A stretch of 64,000 nt of DNA from an uncultured Verrucomicrobiae bacterium (GTDB taxonomy: Bacteria; Verrucomicrobiota; Verrucomicrobiia; Limisphaerales; Palsa-1400): contig OY969763.1 in NCBI GenBank assembly GCA_963702845.1, positions 1,376,001 through 1,440,000 on the forward strand, in the 5' to 3' direction. The position numbers and the translations under genes are program-made. The notes below the pieces were generated by a model, which saw only the letters and a list, made by a program, of their open reading frames with translations, had not been told where the DNA came from and ran no database searches. Shown one piece after another: positions 10,075 through 19,839 of this stretch (within the stretch, counting starts at the first letter, position 1; each line of letters opens with the position of its first letter).

Positions 10075-10903
10075 TTATCGCGGACGTTTGGCTCCGTCGC
10101 CGACCGGGTATTTGCACTTGGGGCATGCACGGACTTTTTGGACAGCTTTCGAACGCGCCGTCGCGCGCGGCGGCAAACTCATCCTGCGCAACGAAGACCT
10201 CGATCCGCAGCGTTGCAAACCCGAGTTCGTGGACGCGATGTTCGAAGATCTGCGCTGGTTCGGCTTCGAATGGCAAGAAGGTCCAGACATCGGCGGACCC
10301 TTCGCTCCATACACACAGAGCGAACGTCGCCAGTTCTATCTCGCCGCATTTGCTAAACTGAAAGCCGGAGGGTTCGTCTATCCCTGTACCTGCTCGCGCA
10401 AAGATGTCCAACGCGCCATCACTGCGCCGCATGCAGCCGATGACGAACCGATTTATCCCGGCACCTGTCGCAATAAAAAAGTCGACGCAGCAAACACGGC
10501 TCAGGTCAATTGGCGCTTCCGGGTTCCCGACGGCGAAACGATTCGTTTCCACGACGGCAACCTGGATCACCAGAAATTTGTTGCCGGTAGAGATTTCGGC
10601 GATTTCGTTATTTGGCGTCACGACCAGGTCCCGTCTTACCAATTAGCAGTCGTCGCTGATGACGCCGCGATGCAAATCACGGAAGTGGTGCGCGGTGAAG
10701 ACTTGCTAATTTCGACTGCCCGACAATTGCTTGTCTATCGTGCCTTCGGGCTGAAAGCGCCTTCGTTCTATCACTGTCAATTGATGACGGACGATCACGG
10801 TGTGCGTCTCGCAAAACGGCACGATGCTTTGAGCCTTCGTTCATTGCGGGAAGACGGATTGACGCCGGAGGGGATTCGGATGAGTTGGGATTTTCTCGTC
10901 TGA
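10037..10903 (+). CDS. gluQ: tRNA glutamyl-Q(34) synthetase
   Basis: GRLAPSPTGYLHLGH, CTCSR, YPGTCR, YQLAVVADD, RLAKR; no anticodon-binding domain. Confidence 0.88.
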   Translation: MNGLNNIQTPTSDYRGRLAPSPTGYLHLGHARTFWTAFERAVARGGKLILRNEDLDPQRCKPEFVDAMFEDLRWFGFEWQEGPDIGGPFAPYTQSERRQFYLAAFAKLKAGGFVYPCTCSRKDVQRAITAPHAADDEPIYPGTCRNKKVDAANTAQVNWRFRVPDGETIRFHDGNLDHQKFVAGRDFGDFVIWRHDQVPSYQLAVVADDAAMQITEVVRGEDLLISTARQLLVYRAFGLKAPSFYHCQLMTDDHGVRLAKRHDALSLRSLREDGLTPEGIRMSWDFLV

Positions 10904-11003
10904 GAAACTTCAAACTCCAATGTTCAAGCAGCACGCTGAACGTTTGCTATGACGCTTGGGTGTTGAAGTTTCTCTGAATTTTGCAGTTTGAATTTTGAAG
11001 TTT
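10902..11003. repeat. Intergenic inverted-repeat element with heptamer-like tail
   Basis: GAGAAACTTCAA (10902-10913) and TTGAAGTTTCTC (10963-10974) form a perfect 12-bp IR, followed by degenerate TTGAA/TTT units. Confidence 0.55.
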
Positions 11004-11020
11004 TTCCCTATGGTCACAGC

Positions 11021-12272
11021 ATGCCCGAAGCGCTTGCACAAAGGTCCACAAAATCGTTCTCGAAACGCCCGTCTACGACGTCCACACCCATCTGTGTCCA
11101 CCCGCGTTCGGTGAACTGTTCCTCTGGGGCATCGACGATCTGCTCACTTATCATTACTTGATCGCCGAAGTCGTTTCGGCATTCGGACGTGCCCGTACGA
11201 AAAATTCTGGGCCATGTCCAAGACACAGCAGGCCGATTTGATCTGGAACGCGTTATTCATCCAACATTCGCCGATTTCCGAAGCGTGCCGCGGCGTGCTG
11301 ACGACCTTGAACGCTCTTGGTCTCGACGTGAAAAAACGCGACCTCGCCGGCATCCGCCAATGGTTCGCAAAACAAGATCCCGAAGCTTATCTCGACCGCT
11401 GCATGGAAGTGGCAAATGTAAAAACCATTTGCATGACCAACTCGCCGTTTCGACGATTTGGAACGGCCGATTTGGGAAAAGGGTTACAAAGGCGATTCGC
11501 GTTTCGCTCCGGCCCTGCGCATCGATCCATTTCTGCTCAATTGGCCGCAAAGCAGCGTTCACGTTGAAGAAGTGGGGTTACAACGTCACCGCCGACCTAA
11601 ACCAGAAAACCTTGTCCGAAGCCCGGCGCTTCCTCGCCGATTGGACAAAGAAAATCGGCGCACGTTACGTGATGGTTTCGTTGCCGCCGGATTTTCGTTT
11701 TCCCGGCTGAACGCGGTCCGAAAGAAAGCGACTGCGTCCGTCTCATCGAACACGCCGTTCTGCCGCATTGCCGCGAATTCAATCTGCCGTTTGCGGTCAT
11801 GCCCGGCGTCAAACGCGCCATCAATCCGCAACTCCAATTAGCCGGCGACGGCGTGGGCCTGAGCGATTTGCAGCCGCTGGCGACGTTGTGTTCGCAGTTT
11901 CCCGAAAACAAATTCACCATCACCATTCTCTCGCGCGAAAACCAATTCGAACTGACCGTGCTCGCCCGCAAATTCCGCAACCTGCACGTCTTCGGCTGCT
12001 GGTGGTTCAACAACAATCCATCGATCATCGACCAACTCACCCGCATGCGCATCGAGATGCTCGGCCTGAGCTTCACGCCGCAACACTCCGACGCCCGCGT
12101 TCTGGACCAGCTCATATATAAATGGCGTCATTCCCGCGAAGTCATCGGCCGCGTCTTGGTGGAAAAATACGAAGACCTCGCCTAAACTGGCTGGCAACCG
12201 ACCGAAGCGGAGATCAAACGCGACGTCGCCGACCTGTTTGGCGGTGCTTTTGAACGATTTTGCTCCAGATAG
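11021..12272 (+). CDS. Uronate (glucuronate) isomerase-like amidohydrolase; several frameshifts and one in-frame TAA
   Basis: Fragments DVHTHL, GIDDLLTYHYL, CMTNSPF, GCWWFNNNPSII, PQHSDARVLDQLIYKW. Confidence 0.75.
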
Positions 12273-12338
12273 TTGATTGACAGTGACTTGGAGCGTTTCT
12301 GAGGTCTCACCCGGAGGCTTGGGGGAACATCTGGAAAG

Positions 12339-12401
12339 CTCCACCATGCGGTTGAACACCTCCACCATGTGGCTGAACATCTCCACCGTGTGCATCGAGA
12401 G
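12339..12401. repeat. Three degenerate 21-bp tandem repeats (intergenic)
   Basis: CTCCACCATGCGGTTGAACAC / CTCCACCATGTGGCTGAACAT / CTCCACCGTGTGCATCGAGAG. Confidence 0.75.
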
Positions 12402-12460
12402 TTTCGCCATTCCTGCTTGCACACAGCCGTTAGCTTTGGCTTTATCTACCGATGTTGCAC

Positions 12461-12740
12461 ATGAAACGTGAGCGAGTGATAAACTTCTATTCCGGTCGTG
12501 TGCAAGGAGTCGGCTTCCGTTACTCGGTTAAGAAAGTAGCAACGGGATATGAAGTCACGGGACAGTGCGCAATCTTGATGACGGCCGCGTCGAGTTGATT
12601 GCCGAAGGACAGAAAGCCGGAGTTGGAAGAATTTTTAGTGGCGATACGCGACTCCGAAGTTGGTCGATTTATTCAGCAACGAGCAGACAAATTGGTCAGA
12701 AGCAAAAAATGAGTTTCGTGGATTTGAAATTGCACATTAG
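12461..12740 (+). CDS. acyP: Acylphosphatase (frameshifted)
   Basis: SGRVQGVGFRY, then VRNLDDGRVELIAEG in a shifted frame, ending FRGFEIAH*. Confidence 0.82.
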
Positions 12741-12755
12741 AGTGGGGCAGATGTA

Positions 12756-13479
12756 ATGAAGTACGCCATCATCGCCGACATTCACGCCAATCTTGAGGCG
12801 TTGCAAGTCGTGCTGGACGACATCCAAAAGCAGAAGTGCACGCACATCGCATGCCTTGGCGACGTCGTCGGCTACAATGCCAATCCCAAGGAATGCCTGG
12901 ATATCATTCGGCAGATGAACATTCCCGGTCGTCAAAGGCAATCACGACGAATACTGCTCCACTGACGAAGAACTCGAAGGGTTCAATCCCAACGCCGCTG
13001 AAGCCGTCATCTGGACCCGGCAACAACTCACCGATGATGACCGCAAATGGCTCCGCGACTTGAAGTATGTCCGGCTCGTTTCCAATTTCACCATCGTCCA
13101 CGCAACCTTGGACCAGCCGCAACGCTGGGCTTACGTGTTTGAAAAATTGGACGCCGCGGCCAGTTTCACTTATCAGAACACGGCCGTCTGTTTCTTCGGT
13201 CACACCCACGTCCCGCTCGCGTTCATTCGCGACAGCAGCGTGCGCGGCGGCACCTATTCGAAATTCAAAGTTGAACCGGGTCGGAAATATTTCGTCAACG
13301 TCGGCGCTGTCGGCCAACCTCGCGATGGTATTCCCAAAGCCGGTTATGTCGTTTACGACATGAACGAAGGCTCCATCGAATTGCGCCGCCTCGACTACGA
13401 CATTGCCGCCGTTCAGGCAAAAATCATCAAAGCCGGCCTGCCACAGCGCTTGGCTGACCGACTAGCCATCGGCAAGTAG
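12756..13479 (+). CDS. Metallophosphoesterase family protein (frameshift near 12927)
   Basis: DIHANLEAL, LGDVVGY, KGNHD, GHTH, NVGAVGQPRDG. Confidence 0.85.
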
Positions 13480-14505
13480 TTGAAGATACTCATTCTCAAA
13501 CCGAGCTCGCTGGGTGACGTCATCCAGGCTTTGCCGGTTTTGCGTCTGCTCAAGCGGCACCTGCCCAAAAGCGAAATCTACTGGTGGCTGGACGCCAATC
13601 TCGTCCCGCTCCTCGATGGCGATCCAGACCTCGCCGGCATCTTTCCATTCCAGCGCAAGCGCTGGGCCAGTGCCCATCGGTGGCCCGAAATCGCAACAAG
13701 CATTCGCACCATGCGCGCGAAGAAGTTCGATTACGCCATCGATTTACAAGGCCTCGCTCGCAGTGCTCTTTTTACATGGCTATCCAATGCGGACGTATTC
13801 GTCGGCCTCGATAATCCCCGCGAAGGCGGACGCGAAGGCGCCTGCGCTGTTTATGATTTAACCCCGCCTCGTTGCGCACCCGGCACACATGCCGTCGACC
13901 GTTACGCGGCTGTTCTTCCCTTGTTAAATGTTCCGACCACCTGGGATTTTGACTGGCTACCGCGCCGTGCAACTGTCGCCGATGCCGTGCAATCGAAGTG
14001 GCCAATCGGCAACGAGCCGTGGGTGCTTTTGGTTCCGGGCGCGCGTTGGGAAAACAAACTTTGGCCCGTCGAACATTTCGCAGCCACAGTCAAACTGCTC
14101 GCGAAAAATACAGATCTCAAATTCGCCGTCCTTGGTTCAGGCGACGACAAACAACTCGGCAAAACAATTTCATCAGCGGTGCCCGGACGTGTCCTTGATC
14201 TAACTGGCCAAACGTCTTTGCACGAAATGATCGAGTGGCTTAGGCTGTCGCGTCTTGTCATCGCGAACGATACCGGCCCGATGCACATTGCCGCGGCATT
14301 GGGCAAACCGACCATCGCGCTCTTTGGTCCCACGGACCCGAAGAGCGCCGGCCCCTTCCGACAACTCGACAAAGTGATGCAGTCTGATTCTCCATCCTGC
14401 ATCCCTTGTCTCAAAGGCCGTTGCAGCTATCCAGAACGTATCGCTTGTTTGAAAGCGATCACACCTGAACAGGTCTACGCCAAAGCCTCTGCGCTTCTTT
14501 CTTGA
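13480..14505 (+). CDS. Glycosyltransferase family 9 (LPS heptosyltransferase-like)
   Basis: KPSSLGDVI, DLQGLARSA, NDTGPMHIAAALGKPTIALFGPT. Confidence 0.88.
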   Translation: MKILILKPSSLGDVIQALPVLRLLKRHLPKSEIYWWLDANLVPLLDGDPDLAGIFPFQRKRWASAHRWPEIATSIRTMRAKKFDYAIDLQGLARSALFTWLSNADVFVGLDNPREGGREGACAVYDLTPPRCAPGTHAVDRYAAVLPLLNVPTTWDFDWLPRRATVADAVQSKWPIGNEPWVLLVPGARWENKLWPVEHFAATVKLLAKNTDLKFAVLGSGDDKQLGKTISSAVPGRVLDLTGQTSLHEMIEWLRLSRLVIANDTGPMHIAAALGKPTIALFGPTDPKSAGPFRQLDKVMQSDSPSCIPCLKGRCSYPERIACLKAITPEQVYAKASALLS

Positions 14506-14554
14506 GCTGAAAAAAGTCTGTCTCATTGTCCGGCCCGTGGCCATGTATAGGTAG

Positions 14555-16000
14555 ATGCAAATAGTCGGCGACATGGATCTGGTGACGCGGTTTGTGCGCA
14601 CCAACGCGCAGGACGCGTTCGAGGAATTAGTTTCGCGCCACGTCAACCTCGTTTACTCATCCGCAATACGGCAGGTCGGCGATCTGCATCTGGCGCAGGA
14701 AGTGACTCAAGCCGTTTTTATCATCTTCGCACGCAAAGCATCGTCGCTGGGTACGGACACGATCGTTTCCGCGTGGCTCTATCGCACGACCAAATTCGCC
14801 GCTGCCGATGCGTTGAAACAACGGCGCCGTCGCGAAAGGCGGGAACACGAGGCTTACATGCAATCTACGATTGAAGCCACAGCCATCGGGAACACCTGGA
14901 ACGAAATTGCACCCGACGTTGACAGCGCGATTGCAACCCTTAGCGAAACCGATCGTCGCGTTATTTTGCTTCGGTTCTTCGAAAACAAAGCACTGACGGA
15001 AGTAGCAGGCGCTCTTGGCATCCAGGAACGAGCCGCGCAAAAGCGGGTCTCTCGCGCCCTGGAAAAACTGCGCGCGTTCTTCTCAAAACGCGGCGTTGCC
15101 GTCACAACCGTGACCATCTCAGCAGCAATTTCAGCAAATTCCGTTCAAGCCGCGCCCGCCGGATTGGTGCCGGCAGTCACCACCGTTGCAGTCGCAAAAG
15201 GAGCTGCCGCTAGCACGTCAACCATCACACTTGTTAAAGGAGTATTGAAGATTATGGCCTGGACCAAAATGAAAACCATTACTGTAACGGCGCTCGCCAT
15301 CATACTCGCCGCTGGAACCACTACGATTGTGGCGTCAAAAACGCTGAGCAAGTTGCAATCAGACGATCCTCGCATGTGGGAGTTGAACAGCCAAACGTTA
15401 GATAGTCTGCCCCCAATGCTTGTCATTCGACCCACGAAATTTCCGTCATCTGGCGGTATGGTGCGCAGTTCAAAACAGAGGTCCGTGGGGCGTAACGCGG
15501 CAATCCAAAGTCTTTTGGTGGCTGCGTATAATCGCAGTTCAACGCGAATGGTTCTTCCGTCGGAGCTGCCGGATGGACGATATGATTATCTTTCCACCGT
15601 GCCTGCGCCGGAAAAAGCCCTACATGACGAAATCGAAAAACAGTTCCATCTTAAAAGTCATGTGGAAACGCGCGAGACTGATGTGCTGGCTCTCAAATTG
15701 AAAAATCCAAACGCGTCGGGATTGCGTGCCGGCAAGGGCTCTGGAGGTGGAATACACTCGTCGCAACGCGAAATAGCGTGGAACAATATGCGCATGGAAA
15801 GCGTCGGCAGCAACATGGAATGGTACTTTGGACTGCCGGTCGTGGATAAAACGGGGAACACCCGGAAATATGACATGACGTTGCGCTGGAGTGGTGACGA
15901 CCGGGAGGCAATCAAAAAGGCTCTGCTCGAGCAACTCGGACTCGAACTGGTGCCGTCGCGCGAGCGCATCGAATTGCTCGTCGTCGAACGCGTGCCTTGA
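14555..16000 (+). CDS. ECF sigma-70 factor fused through a TM helix to a TIGR03435-like domain
   Basis: AFEELVSRH..LAQEVTQAVF (region 2); RVILLRFFE..KRVSRALEKLR (region 4); hydrophobic TITVTALAIILAAG; C-terminal PVVDKTG..YD..L..W..EQLGLEL..ELLVVE. Confidence 0.82.
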   Translation: MQIVGDMDLVTRFVRTNAQDAFEELVSRHVNLVYSSAIRQVGDLHLAQEVTQAVFIIFARKASSLGTDTIVSAWLYRTTKFAAADALKQRRRRERREHEAYMQSTIEATAIGNTWNEIAPDVDSAIATLSETDRRVILLRFFENKALTEVAGALGIQERAAQKRVSRALEKLRAFFSKRGVAVTTVTISAAISANSVQAAPAGLVPAVTTVAVAKGAAASTSTITLVKGVLKIMAWTKMKTITVTALAIILAAGTTTIVASKTLSKLQSDDPRMWELNSQTLDSLPPMLVIRPTKFPSSGGMVRSSKQRSVGRNAAIQSLLVAAYNRSSTRMVLPSELPDGRYDYLSTVPAPEKALHDEIEKQFHLKSHVETRETDVLALKLKNPNASGLRAGKGSGGGIHSSQREIAWNNMRMESVGSNMEWYFGLPVVDKTGNTRKYDMTLRWSGDDREAIKKALLEQLGLELVPSRERIELLVVERVP

Positions 16001-16013
16001 TCGCAGCGACAGC

Positions 16014-19000
16014 CTATTGGCTAATCGCAACACGCCCGCTCACCCCGTTGCGAATGAAGTATCCCGTTGCGACGCTTTGATCCTGCATCGTGATGCCTTT
16101 GACTGTCACCGGCGTGCCATCCTGCATGATTATGCCGCTGAACAGGCCGGACTTTGGTGTCACCGAAAGATTTGCTTTGGTGGAACTGGTTTGGCAAACA
16201 ATCGTATTCAGGTTTGTGCCAACAATTGGATTCACGACGTTTGCCGCTAATTTTCCTCCGCTGAGCATCATTGAACTGCCGTTGAGGTTGATACCCAGAC
16301 CGCTCGAATGCGGATGGAAAGCCGAACCAACAACAGAAACCTTCGCAGCAAAACCATTTTGATAATTTGTGCCGCCTGCCGATTTAATCCAACGCAGATT
16401 ACCGACGCAACGTGTGCCGGGCGTATTAGTGAACGACAGCCATCCGAGGACTGAACCATGGTTACCGTACAATTGGCAGTAGAGCGGCCAGGTGCCAGAT
16501 GCCGCGAGCGCAGTGCCCTGAGTCGCTGGCGTATTATCGGCAAGAGTTGCACCGAGCTTAATCGCGCCGTTTGGCTGAATGGTCACGTTGCCAAAGCCAT
16601 CGCCGTTCGGAGCTGTCGCACTGTTTTGTCCTTGCAGACATAGCGTGTAGGAACCGGCCTGCGGCGTTGTATTTTTCGCGCTGTAAACCGCGCGATTCGC
16701 CAGGAGTGGAATGTTCTTTCCATTCTTTCGCACGATGCCTTTCAGGCGTGCTTCCGTACCACTTGATTCCGCAACCAGCGACACGCTCCTGCCACCACTC
16801 AGCACCGCAACAGAACGATTCGCATGGAACTTCCCGCTGAACCCGGTATGCACACCATGCTGATTGATGCTGCCGGTATACGTCTGGTTCTTCGTTACCA
16901 ACAGCGTGATATAGCCGGACGTGTCATCGTCAGGCGTGCCGTCGAAATAGAACAAGCCATTGTAACTGCCCGCCGCGAGTTGCGTCGAAACCGTCGCAAC
17001 CGGCATGGTCGTCGAGCCGCCGGGACCGGTCACCACACACGTGTAAACGCCTGCACCGTCGAATGTAAGTGTGGTGGAGAAAGTCGATCCGGTCTGTCCC
17101 GGAATATTGACTCCATTCAATTGCCATTGATACATGAACGGCCCTTCACCAGAAATCGCCGGCAAGGTGAGCGTGACTGGATTGCCAATTAGCGCGTTAA
17201 TGTATTGCGGAGAACCGATGGCTCGTGGGCTGTTAGACGCAGCGCCGTAGATGCCAGTTATTTCAGAGTCGCTCAGCGCGCGCGAGTAGAGTTCAATTTC
17301 GTCGATCTGTCCACCAAAGCGCGTCGGGCCTCCGTCGTCATCGGCGATTTCAAAACCAAAAATACTGGTAAGTACCGTGCCGATAGCCGGGAAGCTATTT
17401 GTTCCTGCCACAATACCATCAACATAAATCACCAAGTTCGTATCCTGCCGAACGCAAGCGATGTGGTGGTACCGTCTATCCCCAATATGCTGGCCACTGG
17501 TCTGGACGGAGAAAGCTCCGAGGTCAGTGTGTAATTCGAAAGACACATCATTGCCGAGGTCCATTACGCGGTAGCAGGCTGGACGAGAGAGTAAAACTGA
17601 ATAACCGGCAGACGAAGCCCGTTCCCAAAAATCGACGGTGAAATCGTTCGCCCCGAAGTCACCGCAATTATTGAAGGAAATGAAATCACCGGCGCCATCG
17701 AAGCTAAACGCCTGACCGACAACTCCGGGCGCAAACGATGCATTCAAATCCGACAAGTTCGCGCCTCCCATCAGATCAACGCCGTTTCCTTCGGCGCACC
17801 ACTTGCTCACCAGCCCGGGAAGAACGGTGCTCCCCGGGACTACGGTCAGGTGTGCCAAGGTACTGGTCACATTTTCCGCCGCATTCGAAACTTTCACTGA
17901 GTAATCACCCGCAGCCGAGAGCGGCACGGAACTCATCGTGAAAGCAGAATCCGTTGCGCCGGGTATGTCCGTCCCCTGGAATTGCCACTGGAACGAATAC
18001 GGTTCCTGACCGGTCACCGCGACCGACAATGTCGCGGCCATGCCTTCGATTCCCTGAGCGCTCTTGGGTTGCGTCACAATCAGCAAGCTGGGATTCGGCT
18101 GATACGTCGAGAAAATTTCCGCATCGCTTAACGCACGATTGTAGAGAGTGATTTCATCGAGCATGCCGGTGAATTGTTTGCTGCCATCTATGCCATTGCA
18201 GCAGCTCCGGCCGAGAATCAGGTTTGGCGGCAGCGTCCCCATGTCTGCTGCGGGGCCGGCGGATGTCGGGCCGCGGATGCCATCGATAAACAGGGTGATC
18301 GCGCTACCTTTGCGAACTGCTGCGACATGGTGGAACACGCCGTCATTTAGAGTGACTGGAATACCGCTCGAAGTGGCGCTGATGAACGTGCCGGGTTGCC
18401 CTGCAAATTCCCACTGAACAAAATGCCGGGTTGCGTCCCATTGCAATTCAAACATGGGCGCGACGTTGCAAATATCGCGTTGTGCCAAAATCGTTTGGGC
18501 GTAACCGGTAAAGCTGGTTTTGATCCACAACTCGAATGTGAAATCGCCATAGCCAAGCGGACCGAACAGATTGCCGCAATTGACGGTCGTGTTCCCATTG
18601 AAACGAAATGCACTGCCGAGAACGCCGGCAGCGTATGATAAGTTGGCGCTTGGGGCACTCCGACCAGTGATGCTGTCGATGGTCGTGCCTTCGCCGGACC
18701 AGCGTGAAATCAAGTATTGATCGAGGGATGGTGCGTTGGTGACGAATAGTGTCGCTGCTGTGCTGGTGAGGTTTGTATATGGGTTGCTCACAATTGCGGT
18801 GTAAGTTCCCGCGTCGCTGGCTTGAGCGCTGTCGATTTGGTAGTAATGCCCAACTGCGCCCGGAATATCGTGTCCATTTAACTGCCATTGATAATTAATC
18901 GGCTCGATGCCGACACCGACCGCGTTGAAGACAACAGTGTGGTTGGCGAGCGTGCGTTGGTTGAATGGTTGCGTGACGATCGCGAGTTTCGAGTCGGGAT

Positions 19001-19685
19001 GCATTAAAAGATATGCCTCATTCGCGTCGAGAGCCGTGTTATAGATGCGGATGTCATCCAACGCGCCAACTAAGCCATCATCACAGGTGTTGCCTCCGAA
19101 GGTCGCTACTGATGTGTTGGTGAATGTTTCGCCGGTATCTGGATCGGTGAAAACGTCAAAATTCGTCGATAGATCCACTATTGCGGAACCGCTGTTAAGG
19201 GCAGAGAGGACGCCGTCGACATAAATCAGAAGATCGGTGGAATGACGTTCTGCGATGACGTGATGGAAAGTTCCATCATTGACCTGTCGCGCGCTCACGG
19301 CGGCACAACTGACACCATTCGTATCGGCAATGACGAGGGCAATTTGTCCGTCGGGCGTAAGCGCGCAGTTCAGGGTATTGTCACCGCACAGGTCAGCAAC
19401 GGCTCCGGCTTGGCCGGTCGTTTGAATCCAGAATGCCAACGAAAAATCGCCTGTCCGAAATGCGAATGCCTTCGGGTCCACGATGACCTGGCCAGTGCCA
19501 TCAAAGCTATATGCCTGGCTGATTTGACCGGTCGTATACGACAGATTGGCAGACGAGCCGTCGTTTCCACCAACGATGTCCGACGTGTTGCCGTCCGCTG
19601 GCCAATGTGCAATCAGACTTGCCTGTGCTGCGAACGAAAACGCGAGTAGGGGAAGAGCGACCAACCGTAACAATTTTGTTTTCAT
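16014..19685 (-). CDS. Large secreted protein: 3x (LamG-like jellyroll + Ig-like) and a beta-rich C-terminal region
   Basis: Signal peptide; repeated FHHVAAVR..G.LDEI.LYNRALS and YQWQ.NG..IPGA..DAG.Y motifs. Confidence 0.85.
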   Translation of the reverse strand: MKTKLLRLVALPLLAFSFAAQASLIAHWPADGNTSDIVGGNDGSSANLSYTTGQISQAYSFDGTGQVIVDPKAFAFRTGDFSLAFWIQTTGQAGAVADLCGDNTLNCALTPDGQIALVIADTNGVSCAAVSARQVNDGTFHHVIAERHSTDLLIYVDGVLSALNSGSAIVDLSTNFDVFTDPDTGETFTNTSVATFGGNTCDDGLVGALDDIRIYNTALDANEAYLLMHPDSKLAIVTQPFNQRTLANHTVVFNAVGVGIEPINYQWQLNGHDIPGAVGHYYQIDSAQASDAGTYTAIVSNPYTNLTSTAATLFVTNAPSLDQYLISRWSGEGTTIDSITGRSAPSANLSYAAGVLGSAFRFNGNTTVNCGNLFGPLGYGDFTFELWIKTSFTGYAQTILAQRDICNVAPMFELQWDATRHFVQWEFAGQPGTFISATSSGIPVTLNDGVFHHVAAVRKGSAITLFIDGIRGPTSAGPAADMGTLPPNLILGRSCCNGIDGSKQFTGMLDEITLYNRALSDAEIFSTYQPNPSLLIVTQPKSAQGIEGMAATLSVAVTGQEPYSFQWQFQGTDIPGATDSAFTMSSVPLSAAGDYSVKVSNAAENVTSTLAHLTVVPGSTVLPGLVSKWCAEGNGVDLMGGANLSDLNASFAPGVVGQAFSFDGAGDFISFNNCGDFGANDFTVDFWERASSAGYSVLLSRPACYRVMDLGNDVSFELHTDLGAFSVQTSGQHIGDRRYHHIACVRQDTNLVIYVDGIVAGTNSFPAIGTVLTSIFGFEIADDDGGPTRFGGQIDEIELYSRALSDSEITGIYGAASNSPRAIGSPQYINALIGNPVTLTLPAISGEGPFMYQWQLNGVNIPGQTGSTFSTTLTFDGAGVYTCVVTGPGGSTTMPVATVSTQLAAGSYNGLFYFDGTPDDDTSGYITLLVTKNQTYTGSINQHGVHTGFSGKFHANRSVAVLSGGRSVSLVAESSGTEARLKGIVRKNGKNIPLLANRAVYSAKNTTPQAGSYTLCLQGQNSATAPNGDGFGNVTIQPNGAIKLGATLADNTPATQGTALAASGTWPLYCQLYGNHGSVLGWLSFTNTPGTRCVGNLRWIKSAGGTNYQNGFAAKVSVVGSAFHPHSSGLGINLNGSSMMLSGGKLAANVVNPIVGTNLNTIVCQTSSTKANLSVTPKSGLFSGIIMQDGTPVTVKGITMQDQSVATGYFIRNGVSGRVAISQ

Positions 19686-19839
19686 AACATTATCGGACCC
19701 GGGTCGGGCGCAAGTCTGCTCTTTCTGCGGGAAGAGTCAATTCTACAGTAACGCTTCCGGGGGCATCCGCGAACTTGACTTGAGGACGGTGCAAATCCAT
19801 CTTCTGCTTGCATTTGCCTCAATCAATCGGAAGCTCGTT

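Noticed and set aside
12183..12185. In-frame TAA in the uronate isomerase-like gene as stop-codon recoding
   Set aside because: Single case inside an error-rich stretch; TAA is used as a normal stop throughout the window.
12339..12401. 21-bp repeats as a mini-CRISPR
   Set aside because: Units are directly adjacent with no spacers.
19546..19839. N-terminal extension of the Kdo hydroxylase ORF
   Set aside because: Overlaps the divergent LamG gene and its upstream region; ATG 19840 is the more plausible start.
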